Below are positions 36,083-44,554 of a stretch of DNA of 63,468 nucleotides, in pieces. Source of the stretch: Bacillota bacterium (GTDB lineage: Bacteria > Bacillota > Dethiobacteria > DTU022 > UBA8154); assembly GCA_030656575.1 (NCBI GenBank), contig JAUSPO010000190.1, positions 1 to 63,468 of the forward strand. Direction: 5' to 3'. Below the pieces are notes generated by a model. It was given only the letters and a program-made list of their open reading frames with translations, made no database searches and was not told where the DNA came from. The position numbers and the translations under genes were made by a program. Positions within the stretch are counted from its first letter, which is position 1; the number at the start of each line of letters is the position of its first letter.

Positions 36083-36107
36083 TTATCGAAAGGTCGTGAG
36101 AAATTTA
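36083..36107 (-). promoter_or_regulatory. Sigma-D-like promoter candidate for fliC (non-canonical spacing)
   Basis: The minus strand reads TAAA-N13-TTCGATAA. This is the only CGAT-containing -10 candidate in the 160-nt upstream spacer. Confidence 0.4.
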
Positions 36108-36128
36108 AAGTGGGAATGGTAGTTTTTT

Positions 36129-36674
36129 TCATTTGCTGCCGTCTATAAAAATGCCTTCCTTTTGCCGTTTGGCAGGGTTATAGGCCCTGGTCACCTTTTT
36201 AGCGGTCTGGACCTTTCCCATTTCCTGTTTTACCAGGTTGAGTTTAACCTTTAATAGCTTCTGCGTTTTTGTGTCAAGGGTGGAAATATCCTTTAGGAGA
36301 GATTCAATTCTTTGAACAACCGCTTGGAGCTGTGCTGTCTCCGGGGAGGGGGAAACCCTGGTCAGCGTTTCAACGTTAATTTCCTCCAGGCACAGCTCTC
36401 TCTGGAGGCTTTCTTTAATAACCCCCACTTCTGCCTGGTTTCCTTCGATGAGGTCCATCTGCTTTTGACGCTTAGACAGCAGCAGGTTTAATTTATTTAA
36501 GTTATCACCCACCCCAAAGTCTGCCTCTGCGCATAACTGCTGCTGCGCTTCAACTACGGCATACATATCCCGGTAGATAAGAATCTGCTGCTCGTAATGA
36601 TCAATCAAATCCAGGATTTTTTCCCCTGCCATTCCCCCAACTCCATTCAAAGAAAGCAAGTTTCTGTACCCCAT
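36129..36674 (-). CDS. Putative flagellar export chaperone (FliT/FlgN-like helical protein)
   Basis: All-helical ORF of about 170-180 aa directly after fliD, the position of fliT in Bacillus. The start is probably ATG at 36632 after GGAGTTGGGGGA. Sequence-level family assignment is not secure. Confidence 0.5.
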   Translation of the reverse strand: MGYRNLLSLNGVGGMAGEKILDLIDHYEQQILIYRDMYAVVEAQQQLCAEADFGVGDNLNKLNLLLSKRQKQMDLIEGNQAEVGVIKESLQRELCLEEINVETLTRVSPSPETAQLQAVVQRIESLLKDISTLDTKTQKLLKVKLNLVKQEMGKVQTAKKVTRAYNPAKRQKEGIFIDGSK

Positions 36675-36701
36675 GGCGCCGCTAACCTTTTCAAAGCAGG
36701 T

Positions 36702-38648
36702 TTACCTATTCATCTGACTCATGGAATTCATCTGCATGGACAGCCAGTCACCCTGGGAGTAAAGCTGCTGCAGGGCTTTTTCCATAGATGTAAACTGACG
36801 GTGATACTGCTCCTCTTTTCGGATGAGCATTTCATTGACCCTGTCTATGCGCTTGTTCACATCGTTGATCTGCCGGTCAAGGTAGTTGTTGAACTGGGTA
36901 ATATCTCCTTCTATGCCTGTCCGTTCAAGGAGGACTCCCTTGCGGCCGCTGTTGTCCCGAGTAGTGCGGATGTTATTATTTAAGATATCGCTAAGGCGAT
37001 GCGCCAAGCCTGAATCCGTATATCGCTGTGCGCGCTGTTCTGCAGTTAAATTTGGGCTGTAAGCGATATCAGAGCGCTTCGTAAAAATCTCCATCACTTT
37101 ATCCGGGTTGGCAGCAATAGCATCCCGCAGAGTACTGCCGCCATTGGTCAGCACAAGCTTGCCCTTGTCAAGATAGTTGCTGCTTGTTTGGATACCGAGC
37201 TCCGTCAGATGAAAATCGCCTACCTTATCGTAAAGGGCGCTGCGCATCTCCCGGAGCATATTTTCAAGGGCTGGCTCTTTGCGCATCATGCCGCTTTTGG
37301 CTTTTTCCTCCCAGAGTTCGATTTCTTTTTCGCTCATGGATTCCTTTTGTTCATCGGTTAATGGAAAAAAGCCCCGAAAAAGCTCTTCGCTCAATTTGCC
37401 GTTAATTCCATCGATGAGGGAGTTATAATCGTTCACAAATTTTTCAATAGTATCAAAAATACCATCTGTATTTACCTCTGTGGAAATGTTAACCGCCGCC
37501 GAAGGAGAGCCTTCTTCAATCTCCTTATTAATGGTATATGTAATCCCGTCAACTGCAAAGGTATTGCTGCTGCGGACGCCTTGGACTCCGTTTATTTCAA
37601 AGACAGCGTCTCTTCCGGATTCCCCCATTTTACCATTTTCTTCATTAACTGTTATCCCTAGGGCAGAAAAGAAATTCCCGCCGTTATCCGTGGTAATATG
37701 ACCTGCCCCCGTTGCCAGAGACTTAATGGTAATCGTATCGCTGAAAGTGCTGTAAGAGGCATGCACCCCGGCCCCGCTTGTATTAATTTTGTCGATTACC
37801 GCCTTGAAAGTGTCAGTTTTGTTCAGAACAATCTCTTTGCCGTTTATTTTGAGAGAAAAACTACTGCCGTCGCCTTCGCCAAAATCTAACGGGCCGCCCT
37901 GAAGCTTCGAGCTGACGGCTTCAAGGCTATCGTTAAGGTTTAGACGATTGCTGAGTCCCGAAGTTATTTTCAAAACAGCAAGAATATCTGCTTCATTAAC
38001 TTCCCCATTGCTGGTATAGGTATTTGAAAAAAAGCCCAGCGTGTCTGATGCATGCTGGGGATTAAATGTTAGCCTGCTGTCAGTTTCGCCAACAACAATC
38101 CTTCCTTCCCCGAAAGCCGCATCCAGCTTGCCCTGGATTTCCCCTTTCAAATCATCCAGGCTATCATAGTCGCCGGCGGTAATAGTAATATTTTTTGTTA
38201 CACCGTTTAATGTTACCCCGATGGCGTTCTTCGTATCAGTTATGGTAAGAGATGTAATCGCGTCAGCGCTTCCCACCTGTGAGGTGAGACCCTGACTGGC
38301 GGCAACGGCTGTCTTTGCGCTCTGTAACACTTTGAAAGTAGAATTTCCAACCAAGGCATCAGAGTTGGCTGTGACAGTAACAAGATCTGTATCACCTGAA
38401 GTTGCCTTCACTTTCTTTAATGCTGCAGAAGACATCATGTTCGTTTGAGGCCTTAATACGTTAAAATAATTATCCCGGAAAGAGCGCACGCTGTTGATAG
38501 ATTCACGGAACTGCTCTTTTTTCCATTCGATAATCTGCTTGTTCTGAAAGAGCTTATCCACTTTCAGGCGCTCAACGCGCATTAAATCACGGACGATCTG
38601 TTCTGTATCAAAGCCGGAGGCGATTCCGCCGATGCGTAATGTGCTCAT
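36702..38648 (-). CDS. fliD: FliD filament cap protein
   Basis: 648 aa. N-terminus LRIGGIASGFDTEQIVRDLMRVERLKVDKL; C-terminal coiled-coil ...RIDRVNEMLIRKEEQYHRQFTSMEKALQQL. Confidence 0.9.
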   Translation of the reverse strand: MSTLRIGGIASGFDTEQIVRDLMRVERLKVDKLFQNKQIIEWKKEQFRESINSVRSFRDNYFNVLRPQTNMMSSAALKKVKATSGDTDLVTVTANSDALVGNSTFKVLQSAKTAVAASQGLTSQVGSADAITSLTITDTKNAIGVTLNGVTKNITITAGDYDSLDDLKGEIQGKLDAAFGEGRIVVGETDSRLTFNPQHASDTLGFFSNTYTSNGEVNEADILAVLKITSGLSNRLNLNDSLEAVSSKLQGGPLDFGEGDGSSFSLKINGKEIVLNKTDTFKAVIDKINTSGAGVHASYSTFSDTITIKSLATGAGHITTDNGGNFFSALGITVNEENGKMGESGRDAVFEINGVQGVRSSNTFAVDGITYTINKEIEEGSPSAAVNISTEVNTDGIFDTIEKFVNDYNSLIDGINGKLSEELFRGFFPLTDEQKESMSEKEIELWEEKAKSGMMRKEPALENMLREMRSALYDKVGDFHLTELGIQTSSNYLDKGKLVLTNGGSTLRDAIAANPDKVMEIFTKRSDIAYSPNLTAEQRAQRYTDSGLAHRLSDILNNNIRTTRDNSGRKGVLLERTGIEGDITQFNNYLDRQINDVNKRIDRVNEMLIRKEEQYHRQFTSMEKALQQLYSQGDWLSMQMNSMSQMNR

Positions 38649-38701
38649 TTCTTATCCCTCTTTTCAAGCTTTTCTTTTTTAATAACCCTTTCCTAGTATT
38701 T

Positions 38702-38728
38702 CTATCGGCAGGAAGGGGCGTTTATTTA
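38702..38728 (-). promoter_or_regulatory. Canonical sigma-D/sigma-28 promoter of fliD
   Basis: Minus strand TAAA (38725-38728), N15, GCCGATAG (38702-38709), about 50 nt upstream of the fliD ATG. Confidence 0.75.
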
Positions 38729-38862
38729 ATATGTTGAGCAGTATTTCTACTGGAATATTAAAAACCGGCAGGACATACCCTGTTAAGGAAGAAAAAATAT
38801 GTATCATGTAGTGTCCGGGAAAGGAGTCTGGATTGGTGGAAGAGGAAAAGAAATATAAAAAA

Positions 38863-39021
38863 TTTGTAACTACTCAGAGTAAAACATGAGTAAAACATGA
38901 GTGAGACATGGGGACGGTTCGAGCGCCACCGCAGAGCAGCGGAGGTCCATCGGGAAGACGATGGAACTGTCCCCGTGTCTTGCGTCTTATGCGCAAACCT
39001 GTTAGGCTGAGTAGTTACAAA
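38863..39021. repeat. 159-bp structured element E1 with 15-bp perfect terminal inverted repeats and an internal GGGGACGGTTC inverted repeat
   Basis: TTTGTAACTACTCAG (38863-38877) pairs with CTGAGTAGTTACAAA (39007-39021). Inner arms are GACATGGGGACGGTTC (38905-38920) and GGAACTGTCCCCGTGTC (38963-38979). There are three tandem 11-mers AGTAAAACATG/AGTGAGACATG at 38878-38910. Confidence 0.85.
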
Positions 39022-39067
39022 AATGCCCCTTTTGCGGGGAAGAAATACTACCGGCAGGAGTAATGGT

Positions 39068-39493
39068 TTAATTATTTTTATTAATAAAATTTGATACTTG
39101 TTGGATATAATCCTTGAGATCACCCAAGTTATCTTGAACGATTTCGTACAATTCTTCGTTTGAGATTTGATGATATAGATGAACCATCCTGTTCCTGTAA
39201 CCAGCCATTTTTAATAATTTTTCCGAAAGAGGTTTATCAACAATATTTTTTTCCATAAGGCCTTTGGCAATACTCTTATATTCCGTAGCCATTTCTATGC
39301 CGCCTGATTTAGCCAGAATATGTCTTCCTATATCAAAAATCGCCTCAAGTGAACGGCGCAGAAAACTCTCTGCCGCAGCGCTGTTTCTCGAATGCAAAAA
39401 AATCTCCCTGGGAAGTTCCTTTAGTTGAATTAATTCCTGATAATAGCTTTCCATAAACGCTAAACGCTGTTTTACCAACAGCTTGTCAATCAT
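39068..39493 (-). CDS. hepT: HepT (DUF86, HEPN) toxin
   Basis: 141 aa with RNRMVHLY (the Rx4HxY HEPN motif). 8-nt overlap with the upstream MNT gene. Confidence 0.85.
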   Translation of the reverse strand: MIDKLLVKQRLAFMESYYQELIQLKELPREIFLHSRNSAAAESFLRRSLEAIFDIGRHILAKSGGIEMATEYKSIAKGLMEKNIVDKPLSEKLLKMAGYRNRMVHLYHQISNEELYEIVQDNLGDLKDYIQQVSNFINKNN

Positions 39494-39926
39494 TTTTTAT
39501 TGCCTCCTCAAGGTATTCATCTAAATATTTTTCCAGAAAAGGTCTAAAATCAGCTGCTTTCCTGAGAATATCCTCTTCGTATTCGCTACGAAAATGCTCA
39601 TCAAAAGAAAAAACACATAATCCTGTTATTGCATTGCACTGAAAAACAGAATGGTTTTCCTGAAGAAAAACAAGATCCAGGCGAAAAGGTAAAAATAAAT
39701 CGGAAAGTTCATTGTATAGCTCAGAAAATAAATCAAGCAATTCTTTTGTTCCCGGCAGTCCTTCTCTGCAAACAATTCCCAGATCAATATCTGTTAAAGG
39801 ATCTTCAACAGCTGCTTCCTGGCCTTCCAGTAATGCCCGGCCGGTTTTAGCCTGCGAACCAAATAGGTAGGCAAGTGCAATATTATATTTAGCACAAATT
39901 TTTTCAAAGCTTTCTTTTTTTCTCAT
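39486..39926 (-). CDS. mntA: MNT nucleotidyltransferase antitoxin
   Basis: 146 aa with LFGSQAKTG...TDIDLGIV (GSx10-20DxD NTase motif). Confidence 0.85.
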   Translation of the reverse strand: MRKKESFEKICAKYNIALAYLFGSQAKTGRALLEGQEAAVEDPLTDIDLGIVCREGLPGTKELLDLFSELYNELSDLFLPFRLDLVFLQENHSVFQCNAITGLCVFSFDEHFRSEYEEDILRKAADFRPFLEKYLDEYLEEAIKND

Positions 39927-40116
39927 TATAACTCCTAAAAATAAATAGCTATAATTTCCATATTCAACCTATTATAGCACACCTACCTGCTAATATAAAA
40001 GAAAATATTGAAAATAATTCCATAATCTACTTTAAATTTCAATCAACTTGATTATCAAACTGGTCTATCACCTCGGTGAAACTACCCATCGTTCTCAGAA
40101 AACACCTTTCTCCTTA

Positions 40117-40161
40117 AAATAAAAAGCAAAAAAAGTTCCACCTGGATAATCCGGGCAGAAC
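40117..40161 (-). terminator. Possible terminator about 190 nt downstream of csrA
   Basis: Minus strand imperfect stem GTTCTGCCCGG/CCAGGTGGAAC followed by TTTTTTTGCTTTTTATTTT. Confidence 0.4.
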
Positions 40162-40347
40162 TGCAATGAGGATGTTTAGAAACATTTGGCTTGGCGTGCT
40201 ACAAATTGGCCATAATGTAGCACCAGCTTTCCAAAAAAATAACACTGTTTTAATAATTAGTGCTACTTCCATAAGTAATATTCTGCGCAGGGTTAAATAA
40301 TTCCTGCTTGTTTTAAAAAAAATTAATAGTTCACTATTGAGGGGCCC

Positions 40348-40608
40348 CTAATCTTTCTTTCCCTCTTCTTTCCCGTCAGGAGAAGGATGTGCTGCTTTTT
40401 TAAACTGGGAGGCCATTTCCGACGCTGTGCGGGCAGCTGAGATGTTTTCTTCCCGGATCGCTTCGTAAATTTCGCGGCGGTAAATAGAAATTTCCCTGGG
40501 CGCACTAACACCAATCCTTACAGAATCACCGTTCACATCCACCACGCTGATCTCAATACCGTCACCAACTATGATACTTTGACCCTTCTTCCGTGTCAGC
40601 ACCAGCAT
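40348..40608 (-). CDS. csrA: CsrA carbon storage/translation regulator
   Basis: MLVLTRKKGQSIIVGDGIEISVVDVNGDSVRIGVSAPREISIYRREIY. 86 aa with a C-terminal extension typical of FliW-partnered CsrA. Confidence 0.95.
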   Translation of the reverse strand: MLVLTRKKGQSIIVGDGIEISVVDVNGDSVRIGVSAPREISIYRREIYEAIREENISAARTASEMASQFKKAAHPSPDGKEEGKKD

Positions 40609-40642
40609 CCCAGGTTACCACCTCACATTTTCCCATTACAGT

Positions 40643-40672
40643 ATTATACCATAGAAAAAGGAGCCATCACAA
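40643..40672 (-). promoter_or_regulatory. Candidate internal sigma-A promoter for csrA
   Basis: Minus strand TTGTGA-N18-TATAAT with an extended -10 TG, in the fliW-csrA spacer. Confidence 0.35.
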
Positions 40673-40704
40673 TGGGTTCTTGGCCATAGCGTAGGTGGAA
40701 CTAT

Positions 40705-41127
40705 TCATTTCTTCCCTGTAGGCAGGGGAGTACGCATTTCTGCAGACCTTTCAGGAAGAAAGATCTGTCTGGCGATCTGTTTTTTGATGTTGATTACCAG
40801 GGGGGCGGCCAGGTTTGTGATCATCTTATCCGTACTTATCACTGTAACCGTGGTAAAAACAAGGACATCGTCATCCTTCTCCACTTCCAGGTCTTTTTTA
40901 TCCAGATCGTTTAATTCGACGCTGTAACCGGGAAAACTAAGAAAAGGATCTAAGAGGATGAGGCCAATTCCCTCATCGTCCTCCGACTGCAGAAAGAAAA
41001 AGAGAGGGTTATTTTCCAGAGTCTGCAGGGTAAACCTCTTGCTTTCACCAAGTCCCGGCAAACCACTTTTAAAGAGAATAGGCTGAGGGGTAGCCTGTTT
41101 TACCTGTTCCGTACCTGCAGGGTTCAT
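40705..41127 (-). CDS. fliW: FliW flagellar assembly factor (CsrA antagonist)
   Basis: 140 aa. ...ILFKSGLPGLGESKRFTL...NPLFFFLQS...LILLDPFLSFPGY...NLAAPLVINIK... is the FliW signature. Confidence 0.9.
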   Translation of the reverse strand: MNPAGTEQVKQATPQPILFKSGLPGLGESKRFTLQTLENNPLFFFLQSEDDEGIGLILLDPFLSFPGYSVELNDLDKKDLEVEKDDDVLVFTTVTVISTDKMITNLAAPLVINIKKQIARQIFLPERSAEMRTPLPTGKK

Positions 41128-41157
41128 ACTTTTTCATCCCCTTTATATAATACCGCT

Positions 41158-42045
41158 TTATCTCAGAAAATCTACCAGGCTGGGTAAAATTATTCGCGCG
41201 CCAGTGGAAAGTGCCGCCTGGTAAGCATTCTCCTGCATTTTGAACTGAGTAATAGCTTCAGCAACATCAATATCCTCGATTTTGGAACGAAATTCTTTGA
41301 GATGGATGTACTCGTTAGCGAGCCGCTCTTCAGTGGACCAGAGCCTTGCCATCCTTGCCCCGATTTCTGCCCGGTACTGCAGAAGATTGGTCAGTTGTTG
41401 ATCCAGATCCCGAAGGACATCACTTCCAAGAAGCTCCCCATTATTATTTATCAGGGCGTTATACATATTATTTACAATTTCAAACAGCTCTGTCTCCCCA
41501 AAGACTTCCGTACCTGTAAGGTTAAAGGTTATCTCCTGGCCGGGGGTAATCTCTGCCTTTCTTTGACCATTATCCCCTTCATAGCTTACAGTGTCCCCGT
41601 CAATTGTGTAAGGACGTGCCTGCGTGTGGTAACCGCCAAAGATATAGAGTCCGTTTACTTCCGTATTACCAATACTGATAAGGTGTTCAAGATACTGTTT
41701 TACCTCCGGAGCAACCATCTTACGGTCCTCAGCGGTAAACGTTCCGTTTGCAGTGTAAACGGCCAATTCCCTTAACCTCTGCATAACATCAATTGTATCG
41801 GCTAGCGCATCCTCAGTGACAGTAAGCCAGGTAATGCCCTCTCCAATATTACGGCGGTACTGCTCATTTCGAAAAAGCCCCGTCCCGGTAATCCTCATAA
41901 CCTTGTAAGTCCCTACCGGATCCTGTGATGGACGATCGAATAAACGCCCCATGGAAAGCTGGGTTGCTGTTTTCTCCAGTGAAGCAAGGTTGTTCGTCAA
42001 ATTACGGGTAACAGATTGGGTCATCATACGGTGGGTGATACGCAA
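41158..42045 (-). CDS. flgL: FlgL hook-filament junction protein
   Basis: 295 aa. MRITHRMMTQSVTRNLTNNLASLEKTATQLSMGRLFDRPSQDP, flagellin-like termini. TTG start after AAGGGGGGAG. Confidence 0.9.
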   Translation of the reverse strand: MRITHRMMTQSVTRNLTNNLASLEKTATQLSMGRLFDRPSQDPVGTYKVMRITGTGLFRNEQYRRNIGEGITWLTVTEDALADTIDVMQRLRELAVYTANGTFTAEDRKMVAPEVKQYLEHLISIGNTEVNGLYIFGGYHTQARPYTIDGDTVSYEGDNGQRKAEITPGQEITFNLTGTEVFGETELFEIVNNMYNALINNNGELLGSDVLRDLDQQLTNLLQYRAEIGARMARLWSTEERLANEYIHLKEFRSKIEDIDVAEAITQFKMQENAYQAALSTGARIILPSLVDFLR

Positions 42046-42059
42046 GCTTGCTCCCCCCT

Positions 42060-43511
42060 TTACCTTCCTATTTCGTCGATCAGTACACCTAACATCTGGT
42101 CAAGGACGCTCAAATAACGGGACGCGGCATTGTAGGCATGCTGGTACTGAATCAAGTTAAGCATTTCATCATCCAGGGATACTCCCGAGACTGACTCCTG
42201 CTGTTCTCTCATTCTTTCTGCAACGGTACGCATAGACAATGACATCCTCTGGGTCTCCCGCCCTTCAACCCCCAGGTCCACAATCATGCCGCGAAAAAAA
42301 TCATGAAAAGTAGCGTTTTTATCTTCCATAACCAGCGCTTCACGGAGTCGGGCAATTTGTAAAGCATTAATGCCGTTGCCCGGGCCTGGAGCTTCGAAAT
42401 CCGGGTCGAGGGGATTAGCACCATCCTCAAAGGCAGCGGCAATGTGGTTTAAATTTTTCAAAATACCATCGTCCACGTAAAAGTTAAAGGCTGCCCTTCC
42501 CTTATCGTTCTCATCAATAATTTGGAAAAAAACACGATCATTCACTCCGTCAAGTCCAAAACCTTCCTGGTGTATCTTGTTAACCTCTATCACCAGATTA
42601 TAAACCAGCTCATTCAACTTTCCCTGGTATTGGGGAAAAACACGGTTATAGGATTCGACCATCCCCGCAATCCCGCCCCCTTCCAATGAGAGCATGGAAC
42701 CGGACTTGTTGAAGATCTGTATCTCTTGGATCACAGTATCATCAGCCTGAGTCACATTATTAACCTTCATTTCAAGAGGAAAATAGCGGTCATCATGGAG
42801 GAGAATACGGCCCCCGGCGAGCACCTCCACTGAACCGTTGTCCTTTTGCAGGACACGGATATCAAGCAGCTGGCTCAGTTCCTGAAGACGCAGGTCCCTT
42901 TCATCAAGCATTTCATTTGATTTCTGCCCCAAAGCCTGAAGATAGACAATTTTTTTATTAAGTTCTGTAATTTCTTTAGCAAGAGAGTTAACTTGTTTTA
43001 GGCTTGCTTCCACTTCTTTTTCCACATCAAACTTAAGTTCATCCAGGCGATTATTAATATCCCTTACCACGCTGGTGAGGGTGTTGGCTTGTTCACGAAG
43101 GCTTATGCGGGCAGCAAAGCTCTCCGGATTAACGCTCAACTCCTGCCACGCATCAAAAAATTCATTTAATGAAATATTTATTCCTGTTTCTCCCGGTTCC
43201 TGAAATATAACCTCTATGCCGCCCAGAGTCTGTCCCATGCGATCCCAGTAGCTTTGTGAAGTAAGGGCTTTCATCAGCTGATCCCCATAAAACTCGCTTT
43301 TGACCCGCGTTATATCTGAAATAGCAACTCCGTAACCCGGCGGGGTTACCACCCCCGGAGCAGCCGGAGGGACAAGAGCCTTCATGATCACGACCTGGCG
43401 GGAATAGCCCTCAGTATTGGCGTTGGCAATGTTCTGACCGGTTACCTGGGCTCCCTTCTGCTGAGCATGGATTGCCCGGCGGCCGATTTCAAAGCTCCCG
43501 AAAGTGCTCAT
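42060..43511 (-). CDS. flgK: FlgK hook-filament junction protein
   Basis: 483 aa. STFGSFEIGRRAIHAQQKGAQVTGQNIANANTEGYSRQ...C-terminal SGVSLDDEMLNLIQYQHAYNAASRYLSV. Confidence 0.9.
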   Translation of the reverse strand: MSTFGSFEIGRRAIHAQQKGAQVTGQNIANANTEGYSRQVVIMKALVPPAAPGVVTPPGYGVAISDITRVKSEFYGDQLMKALTSQSYWDRMGQTLGGIEVIFQEPGETGINISLNEFFDAWQELSVNPESFAARISLREQANTLTSVVRDINNRLDELKFDVEKEVEASLKQVNSLAKEITELNKKIVYLQALGQKSNEMLDERDLRLQELSQLLDIRVLQKDNGSVEVLAGGRILLHDDRYFPLEMKVNNVTQADDTVIQEIQIFNKSGSMLSLEGGGIAGMVESYNRVFPQYQGKLNELVYNLVIEVNKIHQEGFGLDGVNDRVFFQIIDENDKGRAAFNFYVDDGILKNLNHIAAAFEDGANPLDPDFEAPGPGNGINALQIARLREALVMEDKNATFHDFFRGMIVDLGVEGRETQRMSLSMRTVAERMREQQESVSGVSLDDEMLNLIQYQHAYNAASRYLSVLDQMLGVLIDEIGR

Positions 43512-43524
43512 TTTTTTATCCTCC

Positions 43525-43591
43525 TTTGTAACTACTCAGCCATCAGGCTGCTATATTGACAGGAAGCATGGGGACGGTTCCCCTGCTTCCT
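43525..43591. repeat. E2: second copy of the GAACCGTCCCC ... CTGAGTAGTTACAAA module, with a 13-bp hairpin overlapping the flgN stop
   Basis: AGGAAGCA-t-GGGGA-cggt-TCCCC-TGCTTCCT (43561-43591). TTTGTAACTACTCAG (43525-43539) abuts the flgK RBS. Confidence 0.8.
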
Positions 43592-44055
43592 TAGGCATTT
43601 GAATCAAGAAGGCCGGATGAGAAAGAGTTATTAATTTTTACCTGCCCGCTTTGAGCATAAAATTCCCCGTCTCTACCGGGGAAAAGATACTTCAATGCTG
43701 AATGAATAAACTGCATGTTGTGCTTGATAAGATGACGGTTAATTTTTTGTCTCCTCTGCAGGGAAGAATGCAACTGCAGCAGGCGCCGCCTTAAATCGAG
43801 CAGTTCAGCGGCACAGGAAGGTTTAAAACTGTCAACATATTCCTTCAAGGTAAATCCGGATGGAAGCAAACCAGCGCGCTGCTGCTCCAGTTCCTGAAGC
43901 TTTAGGACGAGTACTTCCCTTTGCTTATTAATACTTTCCAGTGCACTGGTATCTCCTTCGATAAGGATAATAGATGTATCCTCTTCAGATGTTCTAATTT
44001 CCTCCAGGATCTTAACTTCCTCAGCCAATAGGTACCTTAATAAGCTTAATTCCAT
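43591..44055 (-). CDS. flgN: FlgN-like export chaperone
   Basis: 154-aa helical ORF between flgM and flgK. Assignment is mainly by conserved position plus a helical/Leu-rich pattern. Confidence 0.7.
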   Translation of the reverse strand: MELSLLRYLLAEEVKILEEIRTSEEDTSIILIEGDTSALESINKQREVLVLKLQELEQQRAGLLPSGFTLKEYVDSFKPSCAAELLDLRRRLLQLHSSLQRRQKINRHLIKHNMQFIHSALKYLFPGRDGEFYAQSGQVKINNSFSSGLLDSNA

Positions 44056-44093
44056 AAGAATCCCCCATTCCCCAGTCTTGGCAGGCCTAGCCT

Positions 44094-44387
44094 TTAAGGA
44101 CCTTCTTTCATGACCCTGAGGATAATTTCCGCCAGTTCCCCGGAATCGACCTTGTATTCGCCTGATTCAATTTGCCGGGTCAGTTCCGTCAGCTTCTCCA
44201 GGCGCACCGGGTCTGTCCCCTCCAACCGGGCCATCCCTCTCTTTAGCGCCTCACTGCCAGCAGAGATCTCCACACGGTCCACTTTGGATACGTTAGCCGG
44301 TTCCCCGGTGTGAGCTCTGCCGCGAACCTGCTCCTGCTTGTAAATCTTGTTAATGATGTTCATAATTTCAGGACGGTTAATTTTCAT
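44094..44387 (-). CDS. flgM: FlgM anti-sigma-28 factor
   Basis: MKINRPE...VSKVDRVEISAGS...DPVRLEKLTELTRQIESGEYKVDSGELAEIILR is the FlgM C-terminal signature. ATG at 44387 after GAGGGTG. Confidence 0.85.
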   Translation of the reverse strand: MKINRPEIMNIINKIYKQEQVRGRAHTGEPANVSKVDRVEISAGSEALKRGMARLEGTDPVRLEKLTELTRQIESGEYKVDSGELAEIILRVMKEGP

Positions 44388-44500
44388 CTTATTCACCCTC
44401 TACCTGTCTTTGAAAATAAATTGCCTCTAAAATACTTATCGTAATCACATAAGGAAAGTAAAGAGAAGAGCAAAGAAATTTCCTTATTAAATTCTACAAT

Positions 44501-44526
44501 AAAAAAAGCCCCTTTATAAAGGAGCT
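44501..44526 (-). terminator. Rho-independent terminator upstream of the flgM unit
   Basis: Minus-strand RNA AGCUCCUU-UAUA-AAGGGGCU followed by UUUUUUU. Confidence 0.7.
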
Positions 44527-44554
44527 TTCCTTTAAATGCACTGGAGAAAAAACA

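Noticed and set aside
38905-38925. tRNA-like T-loop (GGTTCGAG) suggesting a tRNA gene or fragment.
   Set aside because: The flanking sequence cannot form a T-stem or acceptor stem. The motif belongs to the dispersed GGGGACGGTTC repeat.
38758-39123. 121-aa minus-strand ORF between fliD and hepT.
   Set aside because: It spans repeat element E1 and the sigma-D promoter region. It has low-complexity composition, no RBS, and overlaps the hepT 3' end.
44397-44500. Sigma-D promoter for flgM (CGATAAG at about 44438-44444 on the minus strand).
   Set aside because: No TAAA lies at a compatible distance; the complement gives TTTA. It is left unassigned.
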